Source: a virus | Virus record (IMG/VR): IMGVR_UViG_3300012929_000018 | Location: 18,503-82,502 of that record | Length of the DNA: 64,000 nucleotides | Strand: one strand, 5' to 3' | Shown: positions 56,222 to 64,000 of the stretch, piece after piece | How the letters are laid out: the number at the start of each line of letters is the position of its first letter | Numbering within the stretch: position 1 is the stretch's first letter | Translations under genes and position numbers: made by a program | Notes under the pieces: generated by a model | Told to the model about the DNA's origin: nothing | Databases searched by the model: none | Seen by the model: only the letters and a program-made list of their open reading frames with translations

Positions 56222-56722
56222 TTAGTAGTTGCGGGCGATGGCGCGCTTGCGGGCGACGAAGAGATTCTGAGCGGGGGCGACCGGCGGGGCCGAGAATCGA
56301 GCCTCAGTGGCTAAAAATTCGGGGGAGGGCTCCTGTGTGGGTTGGGTAGAACCAAATAATTTGGCAAATCCTTGAGCCACACGATCAGACAGAGCACCCG
56401 CGCGCTGGGCCAGCGTTGGCTCTGGCGGCGTCGCACCCTGTTGCTGGGGTGGAAGTGGCTGCTGGGCTAGGATAGGCTGTCCTGCGCGAGCCTGAGCGAC
56501 GGTCGGGACCGTCTGGCCGGGAGCCATGCCCGCGGCGACAGGCGCCGTGCCGGGAATGGTATCGGCAGTTGGCTGCGCTGGTTGGCCTGACACGACAGGC
56601 AACGGCGGTGCAACCGGGAGGGGCTGCGTCGGGGTCGTGTTCACGCTGACCGTGGTGGGTGTAGCGGAACCCGTCTTGTTCGCCAGTTCGTTCGCTGCAT
56701 CAATGGAAAAGGGTGAGGCCAT
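56222..56722 (-). CDS. Pro/Ala-rich putative virion protein
   Basis: Packed in the operon. Confidence 0.6.
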   Translation of the reverse strand: MASPFSIDAANELANKTGSATPTTVSVNTTPTQPLPVAPPLPVVSGQPAQPTADTIPGTAPVAAGMAPGQTVPTVAQARAGQPILAQQPLPPQQQGATPPEPTLAQRAGALSDRVAQGFAKLFGSTQPTQEPSPEFLATEARFSAPPVAPAQNLFVARKRAIARNY

Positions 56723-56725
56723 AAA

Positions 56726-57640
56726 TTAATAGTGGCTGGTGAAGCGGGGTGTGGTCCCGCCGGGGTAGACGAAACGAACCACCGGGATGGAATTGTTCGA
56801 GTTCACATCACCGAGTTCGAGGTTGAGCATGTTGACCGCGTCGTTTTCGTATCGGTCTGCGAGGGTAATGTCGTTCTCGGCACGATATTGCAGCGAGTCC
56901 ATCATGGACTCAAGCGCGCTGACATTGGTGAAGGGGATTACATCCTGATCGTTCGTGAACTCGATGTGGCGCAACTTGGCTAGCACGAGGATCGTCGCCG
57001 AAGCTGTGCCGACATATCTGTCGACTGCATAACGCCGGTAAAAAGATTCCTCGGTCGTCGGGTTCATCCACGCCACATTCGTAACGGTCGCGTCCAGCGC
57101 CGTGTGAAAGACTCGCACGGAGACAGGACCTTGCTCCTTGTGAATGCGGTCGATATGATGGAAAGGGTTGGCTGCCGGAGCGTCGGCTTTGTTATTGATC
57201 TGCAATTGAACCGGCATTCCATCGGCATCGGTTCCGTAGATGGTGACTGGATGGTCGTCCGTCCCGGTGTAGTCGATGCTGAGGGTGCCGTCGAAGTTCG
57301 TTCCGTAAAGTGTTGCGTGCCCGTCACCTAGATCGCGAAGGATTTCTAGGTTGCATCCGGCGGACAGTGCAGCCCTGTGACCCGGCAGAAATTGATACCA
57401 CTGATTGCCAATATCCATCACGTAGTCTTGCCCCTCGTCGATAACCCCCTCGACCGTCCGATAGTTCTGAGGGAGAACCGTTAGGCCATTGAGAACCAGC
57501 AGCCTCAGATCATGAAGAGACCCGACAAAATTACCGTTGAGCATGAGCCGCTCGCAACAGCGATTGATCCTGTATTCGAGCTTGTCCTCAGGGCTACGGT
57601 GTCGCAGGGCTTCCTTCGCCCGAAGTAGTGTTAGACGCAT
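56726..57640 (-). CDS. Putative virion adaptor/tail tubular-like protein
   Basis: N-term RINRCCERL and C-term A..YE..AV.ML..EL pattern like head-tail adaptors; function inferred. Confidence 0.5.
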   Translation of the reverse strand: MRLTLLRAKEALRHRSPEDKLEYRINRCCERLMLNGNFVGSLHDLRLLVLNGLTVLPQNYRTVEGVIDEGQDYVMDIGNQWYQFLPGHRAALSAGCNLEILRDLGDGHATLYGTNFDGTLSIDYTGTDDHPVTIYGTDADGMPVQLQINNKADAPAANPFHHIDRIHKEQGPVSVRVFHTALDATVTNVAWMNPTTEESFYRRYAVDRYVGTASATILVLAKLRHIEFTNDQDVIPFTNVSALESMMDSLQYRAENDITLADRYENDAVNMLNLELGDVNSNNSIPVVRFVYPGGTTPRFTSHY

Positions 57641-57649
57641 GCTGGTGGA

Positions 57650-57678
57650 ATGTTACAGGGTTGCAGGGGTTTAGTCAA
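57650..57678 (-). promoter_or_regulatory. Sigma70-like promoter with a CAGGGYTG doublet as spacer
   Basis: Minus strand TTGACT-aaacccctgcaaccctg(17)-TAACAT, ending 9 nt before ATG 57640. Confidence 0.6.
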
Positions 57679-57681
57679 GGG

Positions 57682-58638
57682 TTAGCCGAGAGGATCGTTA
57701 AGTTGGGCTCCCGTGGTGGCGTCGTAAACGGGGTTGCCTTGGCTATCAGAGAATGGGAAGAAGGCCGTGGCAGTTAGTTTCAACGTGCAGGCAGACCCAG
57801 TTAGGGAGTATGTAACATTGGGGTCGATAATTTGCACAGGGATATTGAAAGGGGCCGAAACCACTGGATCGACTACGATATTGGCATTCGGAGAATTGCT
57901 GGGGCCTAGGAAGAACTGGGAATTAGTGCCAAATACCGCGGATGCCGTGCACGAAATTCGTGGTGAAAAACGGATAAGTGCAGGATCGGCGTCATCAAAA
58001 TATTCAATCATGTCCGCGCCTTGATTTTGCCACGTGTAAAAAGGATTGGAAGCCGCGTCGTAGTCCCTCATAAATTTCAGAAATATATTACTTTCATCGC
58101 TGGCGGAAGGTGTGCCGTTAAAGACAAACGCTCCGTGCATCACAATAGTAGGGAAGGGAACCGTCGGATTAGGTGGGGTAATGTTTGGGACAAGCCCGAA
58201 GTCATGCAGAGGCATGTGATTACCTGTGATGATACCAACGTCTTGCATATACAAAGGAGTGATGTGATCAGCGGGTGTAAAATCTTGGCGCATTTTATCT
58301 ACCTCGTCAGTAATCGGGCCATGATAAGTAGCTATATCATTTTGCACCCATAACCAACCCGCTGTGATCGGGGTGTTAATTAAAGTTAGTACCGCAGATT
58401 TAGTATTGGTGCCATCTGTAGAGGACGCACTCCATTGCCCTGTTAACTCCCATGCTCGAACACGCCAAGTTACCGCCATTAGTTGATCTAAAGTCAACGA
58501 AGTATTCCATTCTACCGCAGCTATCGGCGTAACTCCGCGAGTCCTAACTGCGGCGAACACCGTGGGGTCTACTGTAGGCCAAAGCTGGTGATCGCGATAA
58601 CGAGTATTCCCGATTAGAATTGGAATCTTTTTACCCAT
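57682..58638 (-). CDS. Putative virion/tail protein (lower GC)
   Basis: Beta-rich composition; in the virion operon. Confidence 0.6.
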   Translation of the reverse strand: MGKKIPILIGNTRYRDHQLWPTVDPTVFAAVRTRGVTPIAAVEWNTSLTLDQLMAVTWRVRAWELTGQWSASSTDGTNTKSAVLTLINTPITAGWLWVQNDIATYHGPITDEVDKMRQDFTPADHITPLYMQDVGIITGNHMPLHDFGLVPNITPPNPTVPFPTIVMHGAFVFNGTPSASDESNIFLKFMRDYDAASNPFYTWQNQGADMIEYFDDADPALIRFSPRISCTASAVFGTNSQFFLGPSNSPNANIVVDPVVSAPFNIPVQIIDPNVTYSLTGSACTLKLTATAFFPFSDSQGNPVYDATTGAQLNDPLG

Positions 58639-59295
58639 TTAGATAGCACTCACCCAGCCGGAGTAGACCGCTACAGGAATAACGGCTGGTTGCCCGTTGT
58701 TCGCTCCGTAGATAAGCTGGAAGTTAATGTCGCCGCACTGTGTGTTGACCGGGGTAAAGCTAGAGATATGACCATTAACGTCGAAGTCTATATACGTGCG
58801 CCCAATCTCAACACGGAATGTGCCGAGCGTAGGATCAGCAACATCGGCTTCCACTGCAAAAGTAAGTGATGTGATGGCTAGTGTGCTAGTGTCATAAGTC
58901 ACGATCAAGTTAATGAAGGCGCCGTCATACACGTCGAGTGTGTATTCATCGGTGCCCATTCCCGGTGGCCTCCCTCCGATCACTTCAACATCGCGAATCA
59001 AAACTTTAGGGTTGTCTGCGTTGACCGGGTCAATGAACTGCTCTAACAAGAACGAGAAGAATACCGTGTTTCCGCCGCCATCCTTCAACGGATCTTTTAC
59101 CTCGGTAGGGACGATGCTGGTGGGGGCCTCAGATACGGGCATAGCTTCTACCGTGGCTCGCGGCCACGTCACCGGCGCTTGTTCACGATTTGTCTGAGCA
59201 TTGTTTCCGCGGATTCCGTAGTTATCGTTCTGCCAAGTAGGCTTGGCTGCTTCGAAGAACTTTCGAAAATCCGGATCATCCGGCATGTTATCCAT
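58639..59295 (-). CDS. Putative virion/tail protein
   Basis: Packed ORF; ATG 59295. Confidence 0.6.
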   Translation of the reverse strand: MDNMPDDPDFRKFFEAAKPTWQNDNYGIRGNNAQTNREQAPVTWPRATVEAMPVSEAPTSIVPTEVKDPLKDGGGNTVFFSFLLEQFIDPVNADNPKVLIRDVEVIGGRPPGMGTDEYTLDVYDGAFINLIVTYDTSTLAITSLTFAVEADVADPTLGTFRVEIGRTYIDFDVNGHISSFTPVNTQCGDINFQLIYGANNGQPAVIPVAVYSGWVSAI

Positions 59296-59297
59296 AA

Positions 59298-61271
59298 TTA
59301 AGAGGGTATGCGGGCGTAGATTAGTTCCTGCACAAACAAACCAAACCGCCACCGAGTCACGGGGGCCGCAATTAGAATCTCAGTTCCAGGGGTCAGCACA
59401 CCGGGAGTGCTAAGTGGAATGTCCACAACAAGGCGGCCCGACGTGCTAACGACTCGGGAGACCGAGATAGGTAAACCTTGATCATCTGTAACGCTTGCTT
59501 GAACCGTGACCGGGAACGTTGCAAAATTTGGGTTATTGATGAAGTAGTTTCCTGTTAGAACGGGGCCGAGGCGGAAAGGAATAAAGTGTGCGGTCGAACT
59601 AAACAAGCTATGCGCATAGTCAGTGCCGTCGCCGCCCTCTTCTTTCACAGTGAGCGCGCGGATGTAGGCCGTGCCGTGAACCGGGTTAATCAAAGTAGGA
59701 ATCGGAACGTTGCCCAACCCCGGCGCGTTAGGTAAAAACTTCCGGACGATGCGGGTGCGCACTGGGCCGGAGTATCCACCGGCGATGCGAATTAAAATAT
59801 TTCCTACCGGACTAGAAAGCGCGATCACATCGCAACGTGCGAACTTAGAATCATCATTCTGGTGAGTAGATGAATACTCAACCGTGGGCTCCCACTCACC
59901 GGTCACACCCAAAAGAACGTCGGGGAAGCTGTAGTTCTGCGTCGAGCCGTATTCAAGATCGGGCGGCAGGGTGTTCAGGTCAACCTTGCTGGTAATCTGA
60001 ATCGAGCGCCAGCGATCATAAGGCATCACATCCACATAGCCTGCGACAATAGGGCCGAATGCAGCATTAAGAGGATCGATCACCTGCTTCTTCACATTGA
60101 CTGCGATACCTTCCTGCGGGTCGACGGTGCGCTCGAATAGTATTGGCCAGTCGGTTACTTTGTGAGTGATCTTCTCTGAATTGCCGTCGCCTAAAAGTTT
60201 AACTTCCGCGTCGGTAACGAACTTGCCAACCTCGAGATTTTGGTCGCCCACTGCAACCGTCTTTTCAATGACGCCTTCGCTGGAAAAGCCTTCGCCGAAA
60301 CGCCCTTGAGATAAATGCTCAATGTCTTTGTCGATCATCGTCTTCGGCAGAGGCACGTCTGCGCGCTTCGTGACCGAGGTGCGTTTAACAAATTCGTCTT
60401 TCTGCGCTTCGCTCTTGGCTAGTTCGCCCGTGCCGAGAGTTGGAAGAACGGCGTCGCCTTCAACATCGAGAGCCTCGGTGACTGTGGGAATCAATCCGCG
60501 GAACTCCGGCGGCATCAAGTCAGGGCGCTCAATCAAGTGAGCGTCGGCAGGAAACACGTCGGGCACGGTTCCGGTAGTCACCTTGGCTTTCGCCGTAGTG
60601 GTGCGCTCCACCTTGAGGACTTCCGTTAGCGCGCTCGACGTGGGAACGTTTTCAGTCACCACTTCCTGCGTGTCGATAGCGATGATCTGCTTTACCGGGC
60701 TCTGCTCATAGGAGCGGATGATCGGCGACGGCAGGCGCTCGTAGACGCGCTGGACATTAACGAAAATGGAATCAAGGACCGGGTCGTCAAACCGAACAAC
60801 CTTGTGGTCAATCAGAAGTAAGTTTGGATAAACTGGATCAGCCGAATCAGCCGCGGGTTCGTCGGGTAGAGAAGGGTCGTCAGAAAGTTCGTCATCCACA
60901 ACCAAATTCGGGAACGCTTCGGTGCGGAGTCTGGTGTAGGTGCGGGTGACTTGCGGGTAATCTTTGTCGACATAAGGATAGGTTACAATCGCGTTGTAAG
61001 TGTCCTCGTTCGAGCGTTCATCGAGGTAATACCAATCAACCCATCCAGTTTGGTCGCTGGGCACCGCCGTTGCAAATACAAAACCTTCAAGCTTCTGCGC
61101 CTCGGGGCCGTCATACTTGTCGCCATGAGCGGGCAGCACGTAACCACCGGCGCGGCTGTCCTTTCGCACCACAAAAATGCGATCCGTCAGGTCGGGCGTC
61201 GGATAGGATTTGACGATCGGCTTGCCGGGCTTGGGATACGTCGCGGCGTAAGGGTCGGGTTGGCTGGCCAT
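59298..61271 (-). CDS. Putative virion structural protein
   Basis: 657-aa ORF rich in V/T/P/D. Confidence 0.65.
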   Translation of the reverse strand: MASQPDPYAATYPKPGKPIVKSYPTPDLTDRIFVVRKDSRAGGYVLPAHGDKYDGPEAQKLEGFVFATAVPSDQTGWVDWYYLDERSNEDTYNAIVTYPYVDKDYPQVTRTYTRLRTEAFPNLVVDDELSDDPSLPDEPAADSADPVYPNLLLIDHKVVRFDDPVLDSIFVNVQRVYERLPSPIIRSYEQSPVKQIIAIDTQEVVTENVPTSSALTEVLKVERTTTAKAKVTTGTVPDVFPADAHLIERPDLMPPEFRGLIPTVTEALDVEGDAVLPTLGTGELAKSEAQKDEFVKRTSVTKRADVPLPKTMIDKDIEHLSQGRFGEGFSSEGVIEKTVAVGDQNLEVGKFVTDAEVKLLGDGNSEKITHKVTDWPILFERTVDPQEGIAVNVKKQVIDPLNAAFGPIVAGYVDVMPYDRWRSIQITSKVDLNTLPPDLEYGSTQNYSFPDVLLGVTGEWEPTVEYSSTHQNDDSKFARCDVIALSSPVGNILIRIAGGYSGPVRTRIVRKFLPNAPGLGNVPIPTLINPVHGTAYIRALTVKEEGGDGTDYAHSLFSSTAHFIPFRLGPVLTGNYFINNPNFATFPVTVQASVTDDQGLPISVSRVVSTSGRLVVDIPLSTPGVLTPGTEILIAAPVTRWRFGLFVQELIYARIPS

Positions 61272-61305
61272 TGAAGTTACCTTATACGATGGAACGGGCT
61301 AATTA

Positions 61306-61440
61306 TCAAGGGCTGAGTGGGTCCGGCGGGATTGGATCCGGCGGCGGTTCGGGACGCGGCGCGCCGTAGAATGGGCGCTTCTTGAACTTCTTCCAGTGCT
61401 TGCTTTCGCGTGGACGCCAAGGGCGTTTATGGTTGCTCAC
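61306..61440 (-). CDS. Small basic/Pro-rich peptide (44 aa)
   Basis: Manual translation VSNHKRPWRPRESKHWKKFKKRPFYGAPRPEPPPDPIPPDPLSP; GTGA coupling. Confidence 0.4.
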   Translation of the reverse strand: MSNHKRPWRPRESKHWKKFKKRPFYGAPRPEPPPDPIPPDPLSP

Positions 61441-61739
61441 TGAGAAATCGGCTCATTCATAGCCTCGTGGTCGTCAGGAAAGTCGATCTTGGTAAGCTCG
61501 TGCAGTTCTACAGCCGCGGTATGGATAATCTCGGCGTATTCTCGCACACAATTTGCTTCCCACCGCTCATTCGTCTTAGCGCGGGCTTCGTGTTTGCGTT
61601 TCTTGAAGTGAGCAGCGTCCGCTAAGTGTGTGCGTAAACTTGCCCACGCAAGGTCAATACTCCTAGCGAGATTGGTTCGACGCTCGGCGCGCTCTTGTTT
61701 GGGCGAAAGCTTACGAGGTTTATGAGATGTTCGTGCCAT
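61437..61739 (-). CDS. Hypothetical basic protein
   Basis: Overlaps the endolysin stop. Confidence 0.55.
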   Translation of the reverse strand: MARTSHKPRKLSPKQERAERRTNLARSIDLAWASLRTHLADAAHFKKRKHEARAKTNERWEANCVREYAEIIHTAAVELHELTKIDFPDDHEAMNEPISQ

Positions 61740-62382
61740 TGGCGATCAGCGGTGGGTTGAAATTCCAGTTTGCGACCGCGATCTGGGCGAGAAAGAAATC
61801 CGGACGATAGAGCGTATTGACTAGCGGCTTTCCTTTGCTGGCCAGCCACGCGCGCCGGGTTCCAAGATATTCGTGAATCCAAGTCTTCTCATCGCCGCCG
61901 TTGTCGGGTTTGCTTTCGGAGAATCGGGCCATCAGAAATTGTAACATCCCGCCTGAATGGAGATAGCTGTCAGCGATGACCGCTACAGAGAGTGGTAATT
62001 CAAACTGGTGTCTGGCCGCCCAGTCGAATGCGGGCTGTAGATAAACCTCGGTGAAGAGTTCATCCTGCGCGTCCCTCATAGCCTGCTCCGTTGAAGCCCT
62101 GTGAAGGAGCGACAGGAGTTCCTGGTCGTCAGGCTGCAGGGCTTGGTGATCGGCGAATTGTCCAGACAGCGCGCCACCCTTGGAAATGTATCGGTCAATC
62201 ACCTTCTTGAGATTGCCGCCGTCGGCGGTAAATCCACGGCCTAAAGTGATTTGGCGACGGTTGCCGTTTCCATCGTGGTAAATATAGATCGCGCCGTAGT
62301 TTGTTTCTGCCGAAGCGTCGTCGTTCTCGAAGGCGTTCAGCATGCGGGCGATGTGGCGAATAAGGTCGGGGGTCGGAGTCAT
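61720..62382 (-). CDS. GH46 chitosanase-like endolysin
   Basis: NAFEN...NYGAI....DG....ITLGRGFT..GG.L..VI..Y, MRDAQDELF..VY..PA, DSYLHSG; next to holin-like genes. Confidence 0.8.
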   Translation of the reverse strand: MTPTPDLIRHIARMLNAFENDDASAETNYGAIYIYHDGNGNRRQITLGRGFTADGGNLKKVIDRYISKGGALSGQFADHQALQPDDQELLSLLHRASTEQAMRDAQDELFTEVYLQPAFDWAARHQFELPLSVAVIADSYLHSGGMLQFLMARFSESKPDNGGDEKTWIHEYLGTRRAWLASKGKPLVNTLYRPDFFLAQIAVANWNFNPPLIANGTNIS

Positions 62383-62801
62383 TAGGGCACAATGGCGGCA
62401 GGGGTGAAGGGTGGTTGGGCCGGTGCTCCCGTCGAAGCTGGCGTCACCACAGGCGGCCCGGTCGGGCCCGTAGGTTGTGGGCAAGGGCCGGGGCCGGTTG
62501 GGGCGCCTGTTGGCGGGATCGGTTCGGCGATGGTTTGGGTCTGCTGCAGCACGCTATTGGCCTTGTATTCAACCGCGGCCTGCGCGCCCGCGTAGACCGC
62601 CACCAAGCCGCTGACGGCGGTAATGGCGACGTTTGCGAGGGGTCCGATGTGTCCGGCAATCTCCGGCTTGATATAGCAGGTGGCGGCACCGGCGCAGAAC
62701 AGACCGACAACGGTCCACATTCCGTGGGCCACCATGCGGTATTTTTTCGATTCCGCTGGCTCGGTTGCCAACTGCTCGCGTACTAAACCGAACAGGTCCA
62801 C
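62382..62801 (-). CDS. Holin-like two-TM protein with Pro-rich tail
   Basis: Two hydrophobic helices, YAGAQAAVE pattern; adjacent to the endolysin. GTG start is inferred. Confidence 0.6.
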   Translation of the reverse strand: MDLFGLVREQLATEPAESKKYRMVAHGMWTVVGLFCAGAATCYIKPEIAGHIGPLANVAITAVSGLVAVYAGAQAAVEYKANSVLQQTQTIAEPIPPTGAPTGPGPCPQPTGPTGPPVVTPASTGAPAQPPFTPAAIVP

Positions 62802-62805
62802 AGAT

Positions 62806-63033
62806 TTATTTCTTAGCGTCGAGTTCGGATTTGAGTCGCGCGATGATGCTTTTGGCATCCGCGATGACTTTCTGAGCGGCCTCGGCTACATCAAGTTTAT
62901 GGCCCGAGATAGCATCTTCCGCTTCCTTGACTGCGTTGCTAAGGCGCCGTTCCTGAATGGCGATCTGAATCTGCTTCCGATAGACGTAGACGGCAATAGC
63001 CGCCCCAATAACCAAGAGTAAAAGTAAGAGCAT
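62806..63033 (-). CDS. Small membrane-anchored protein (lysis cassette)
   Basis: N-terminal TM plus short coiled coil. Confidence 0.55.
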   Translation of the reverse strand: MLLLLLLVIGAAIAVYVYRKQIQIAIQERRLSNAVKEAEDAISGHKLDVAEAAQKVIADAKSIIARLKSELDAKK

Positions 63034-63077
63034 GGCCCAAGATCGCCGAGACCTTGGGCCATGTCAAGACCACCCCG

Positions 63078-63701
63078 CTACAAGTAAAATAATAGAAAAG
63101 TTGACACCGCGATCGGCGCTGCGATGGTGAGGTATAGGATGGGCGGCGTGAAAGCTGCAAAGTGGAACAGCGAATAAATTAAAAACAACGTCGCAGCCGC
63201 CGCTACTCCTATAATCCAGAATTTCAACTTGTGGTATTTCCCGACTGCCACGTCTCGCTCTCCGATAGCGGTGTTCAATTCCCCGATCTTCGTATTAAGA
63301 GTTTCCGTCTGGTCGCTCACTTGCTTTTGCAAATTGGGAATGTCGACCGTTTTTGCTTTGGTCAGTTCATCTTGTGCGCTTTGTAACGCAACCTGCGTAT
63401 TAAGTAGCTCGTCCGTGAGGCCGTCGATTTCCTGTTTCAAACTCAGGATAAGCTCAGCGTTTTCGGAAGTCTTCGGCACGATCTTTTCGATTTGCTCCAC
63501 CTTGGTTTTGGCGACCTTGGCATGGGCCTGCGCTTTGGTTGTGCTGACCTTGGCGGCGGTGATTTTTTCGCTCGCGGTGTTTACCCGCTGGCCGACAACG
63601 GCTGTGCTCGGCGCCACATAGTTACCGCGCTGGCCGGTCGTGCCGCACGCAGTGAAAGCGAGGGCAACCGCCATCGCGAGGATGGGTAGGAATTTCTTCA
63701 T
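63078..63701 (-). CDS. Lipoprotein with coiled coil and C-terminal TMs (unimolecular-spanin-like)
   Basis: MKKFLPILAMAVALAFTAC lipobox, heptad region, two C-terminal hydrophobic segments. Confidence 0.65.
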   Translation of the reverse strand: MKKFLPILAMAVALAFTACGTTGQRGNYVAPSTAVVGQRVNTASEKITAAKVSTTKAQAHAKVAKTKVEQIEKIVPKTSENAELILSLKQEIDGLTDELLNTQVALQSAQDELTKAKTVDIPNLQKQVSDQTETLNTKIGELNTAIGERDVAVGKYHKLKFWIIGVAAAATLFLIYSLFHFAAFTPPILYLTIAAPIAVSTFLLFYL

Positions 63702-63744
63702 TGTTCTGCGATGATATGAAACTTCCGGAAATTCTGCAACAGAA

Positions 63745-63999
63745 TTATTTATCTTCCGGCTTGCCTGTTTTCTCGTCAACAAGAGGGCCTTGATAAATAG
63801 GCGACTTGGACTTGCCGTTCGAGGGTTTGGGAAAGGGTGTTGCAGTCGGCGCGGCAGATGCGCTGGGCGCCGGTGCTGGCGTCGGGGTAGGAAACTCAGG
63901 AATTGGAACTGCGATGATGACGGGTTCCTCTTGAATGCGAGTGGTGTGATAGTGGTGCCGATTCCGAACAACGACCCGAACCGGCTCGCTGGCCGTGCA
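63745..63999 (-). CDS. Partial Pro-rich protein (start outside window)
   Basis: Manual translation CTASEPVRVVVRNRHHYH...PTPTPAPAPSASAAPTATP...KPEDK*. Confidence 0.55.
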   Translation of the reverse strand, partial: CTASEPVRVVVRNRHHYHTTRIQEEPVIIAVPIPEFPTPTPAPAPSASAAPTATPFPKPSNGKSKSPIYQGPLVDEKTGKPEDK

Positions 64000-64000
64000 A

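Noticed and set aside
1-64000. CRISPR array or mini-array associated with the Cas4-like domain
   Set aside because: No repeat-spacer periodicity was seen. The Cas4-like domain is the usual phage replication nuclease.
1-64000. Stop-codon reassignment
   Set aside because: Long conserved genes read through under the standard code, and TAA, TGA and TAG all end genes at expected positions. No CUA/UCA-anticodon tRNA was found.
1-64000. Diversity-generating retroelement, retron, integrase or transposase
   Set aside because: No reverse-transcriptase (YxDD), recombinase or transposase motifs were recognised.

Overview
This window is a 64-kb segment of a tailed dsDNA bacteriophage genome. No integrase, capsid or portal gene falls inside it. 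The terminase large subunit runs off the left edge and a minus-strand lysis/virion operon enters from the right edge, which suggests a larger, circularly permuted assembly. Layout: (i) 0.85-14.8 kb, + strand replication/nucleotide module: RuvC, methyltransferase, two-domain glycosyltransferase, SNF2 helicase fused to a Cas4-like nuclease, dNMP kinase, family A DNA polymerase, HD hydrolase, restriction-like endonuclease, chorismate mutase, primase, SF3 helicase and a probable origin. (ii) 15-20 kb, accessory region: tRNAs, glycosyl- and pyruvyl-transferases and host-like secreted proteins. (iii) 20-46.6 kb, early-type region of many small ORFs plus a PRTase, DNA ligase, rIIA/rIIB, a Dcm-like MTase and an isolated minus-strand TerS-like gene. 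(iv) 46.6-64 kb, minus-strand virion/ejection and lysis genes. The most unusual signal is non-coding. Two ~500-nt, densely base-paired RNAs flank a small basic protein just downstream of a repeated palindromic motif (GCGCATAATGCGC, 7 copies). The window also has several atypical tRNAs/tRNA-like RNAs, a structured RNA with a possible pseudoknot in front of the polymerase, and a genome-wide dispersed 8-bp-period repeat (CAGGGYTG). All calls come from manual reading of motifs and base-pairing; no database searches or folding programs were run.
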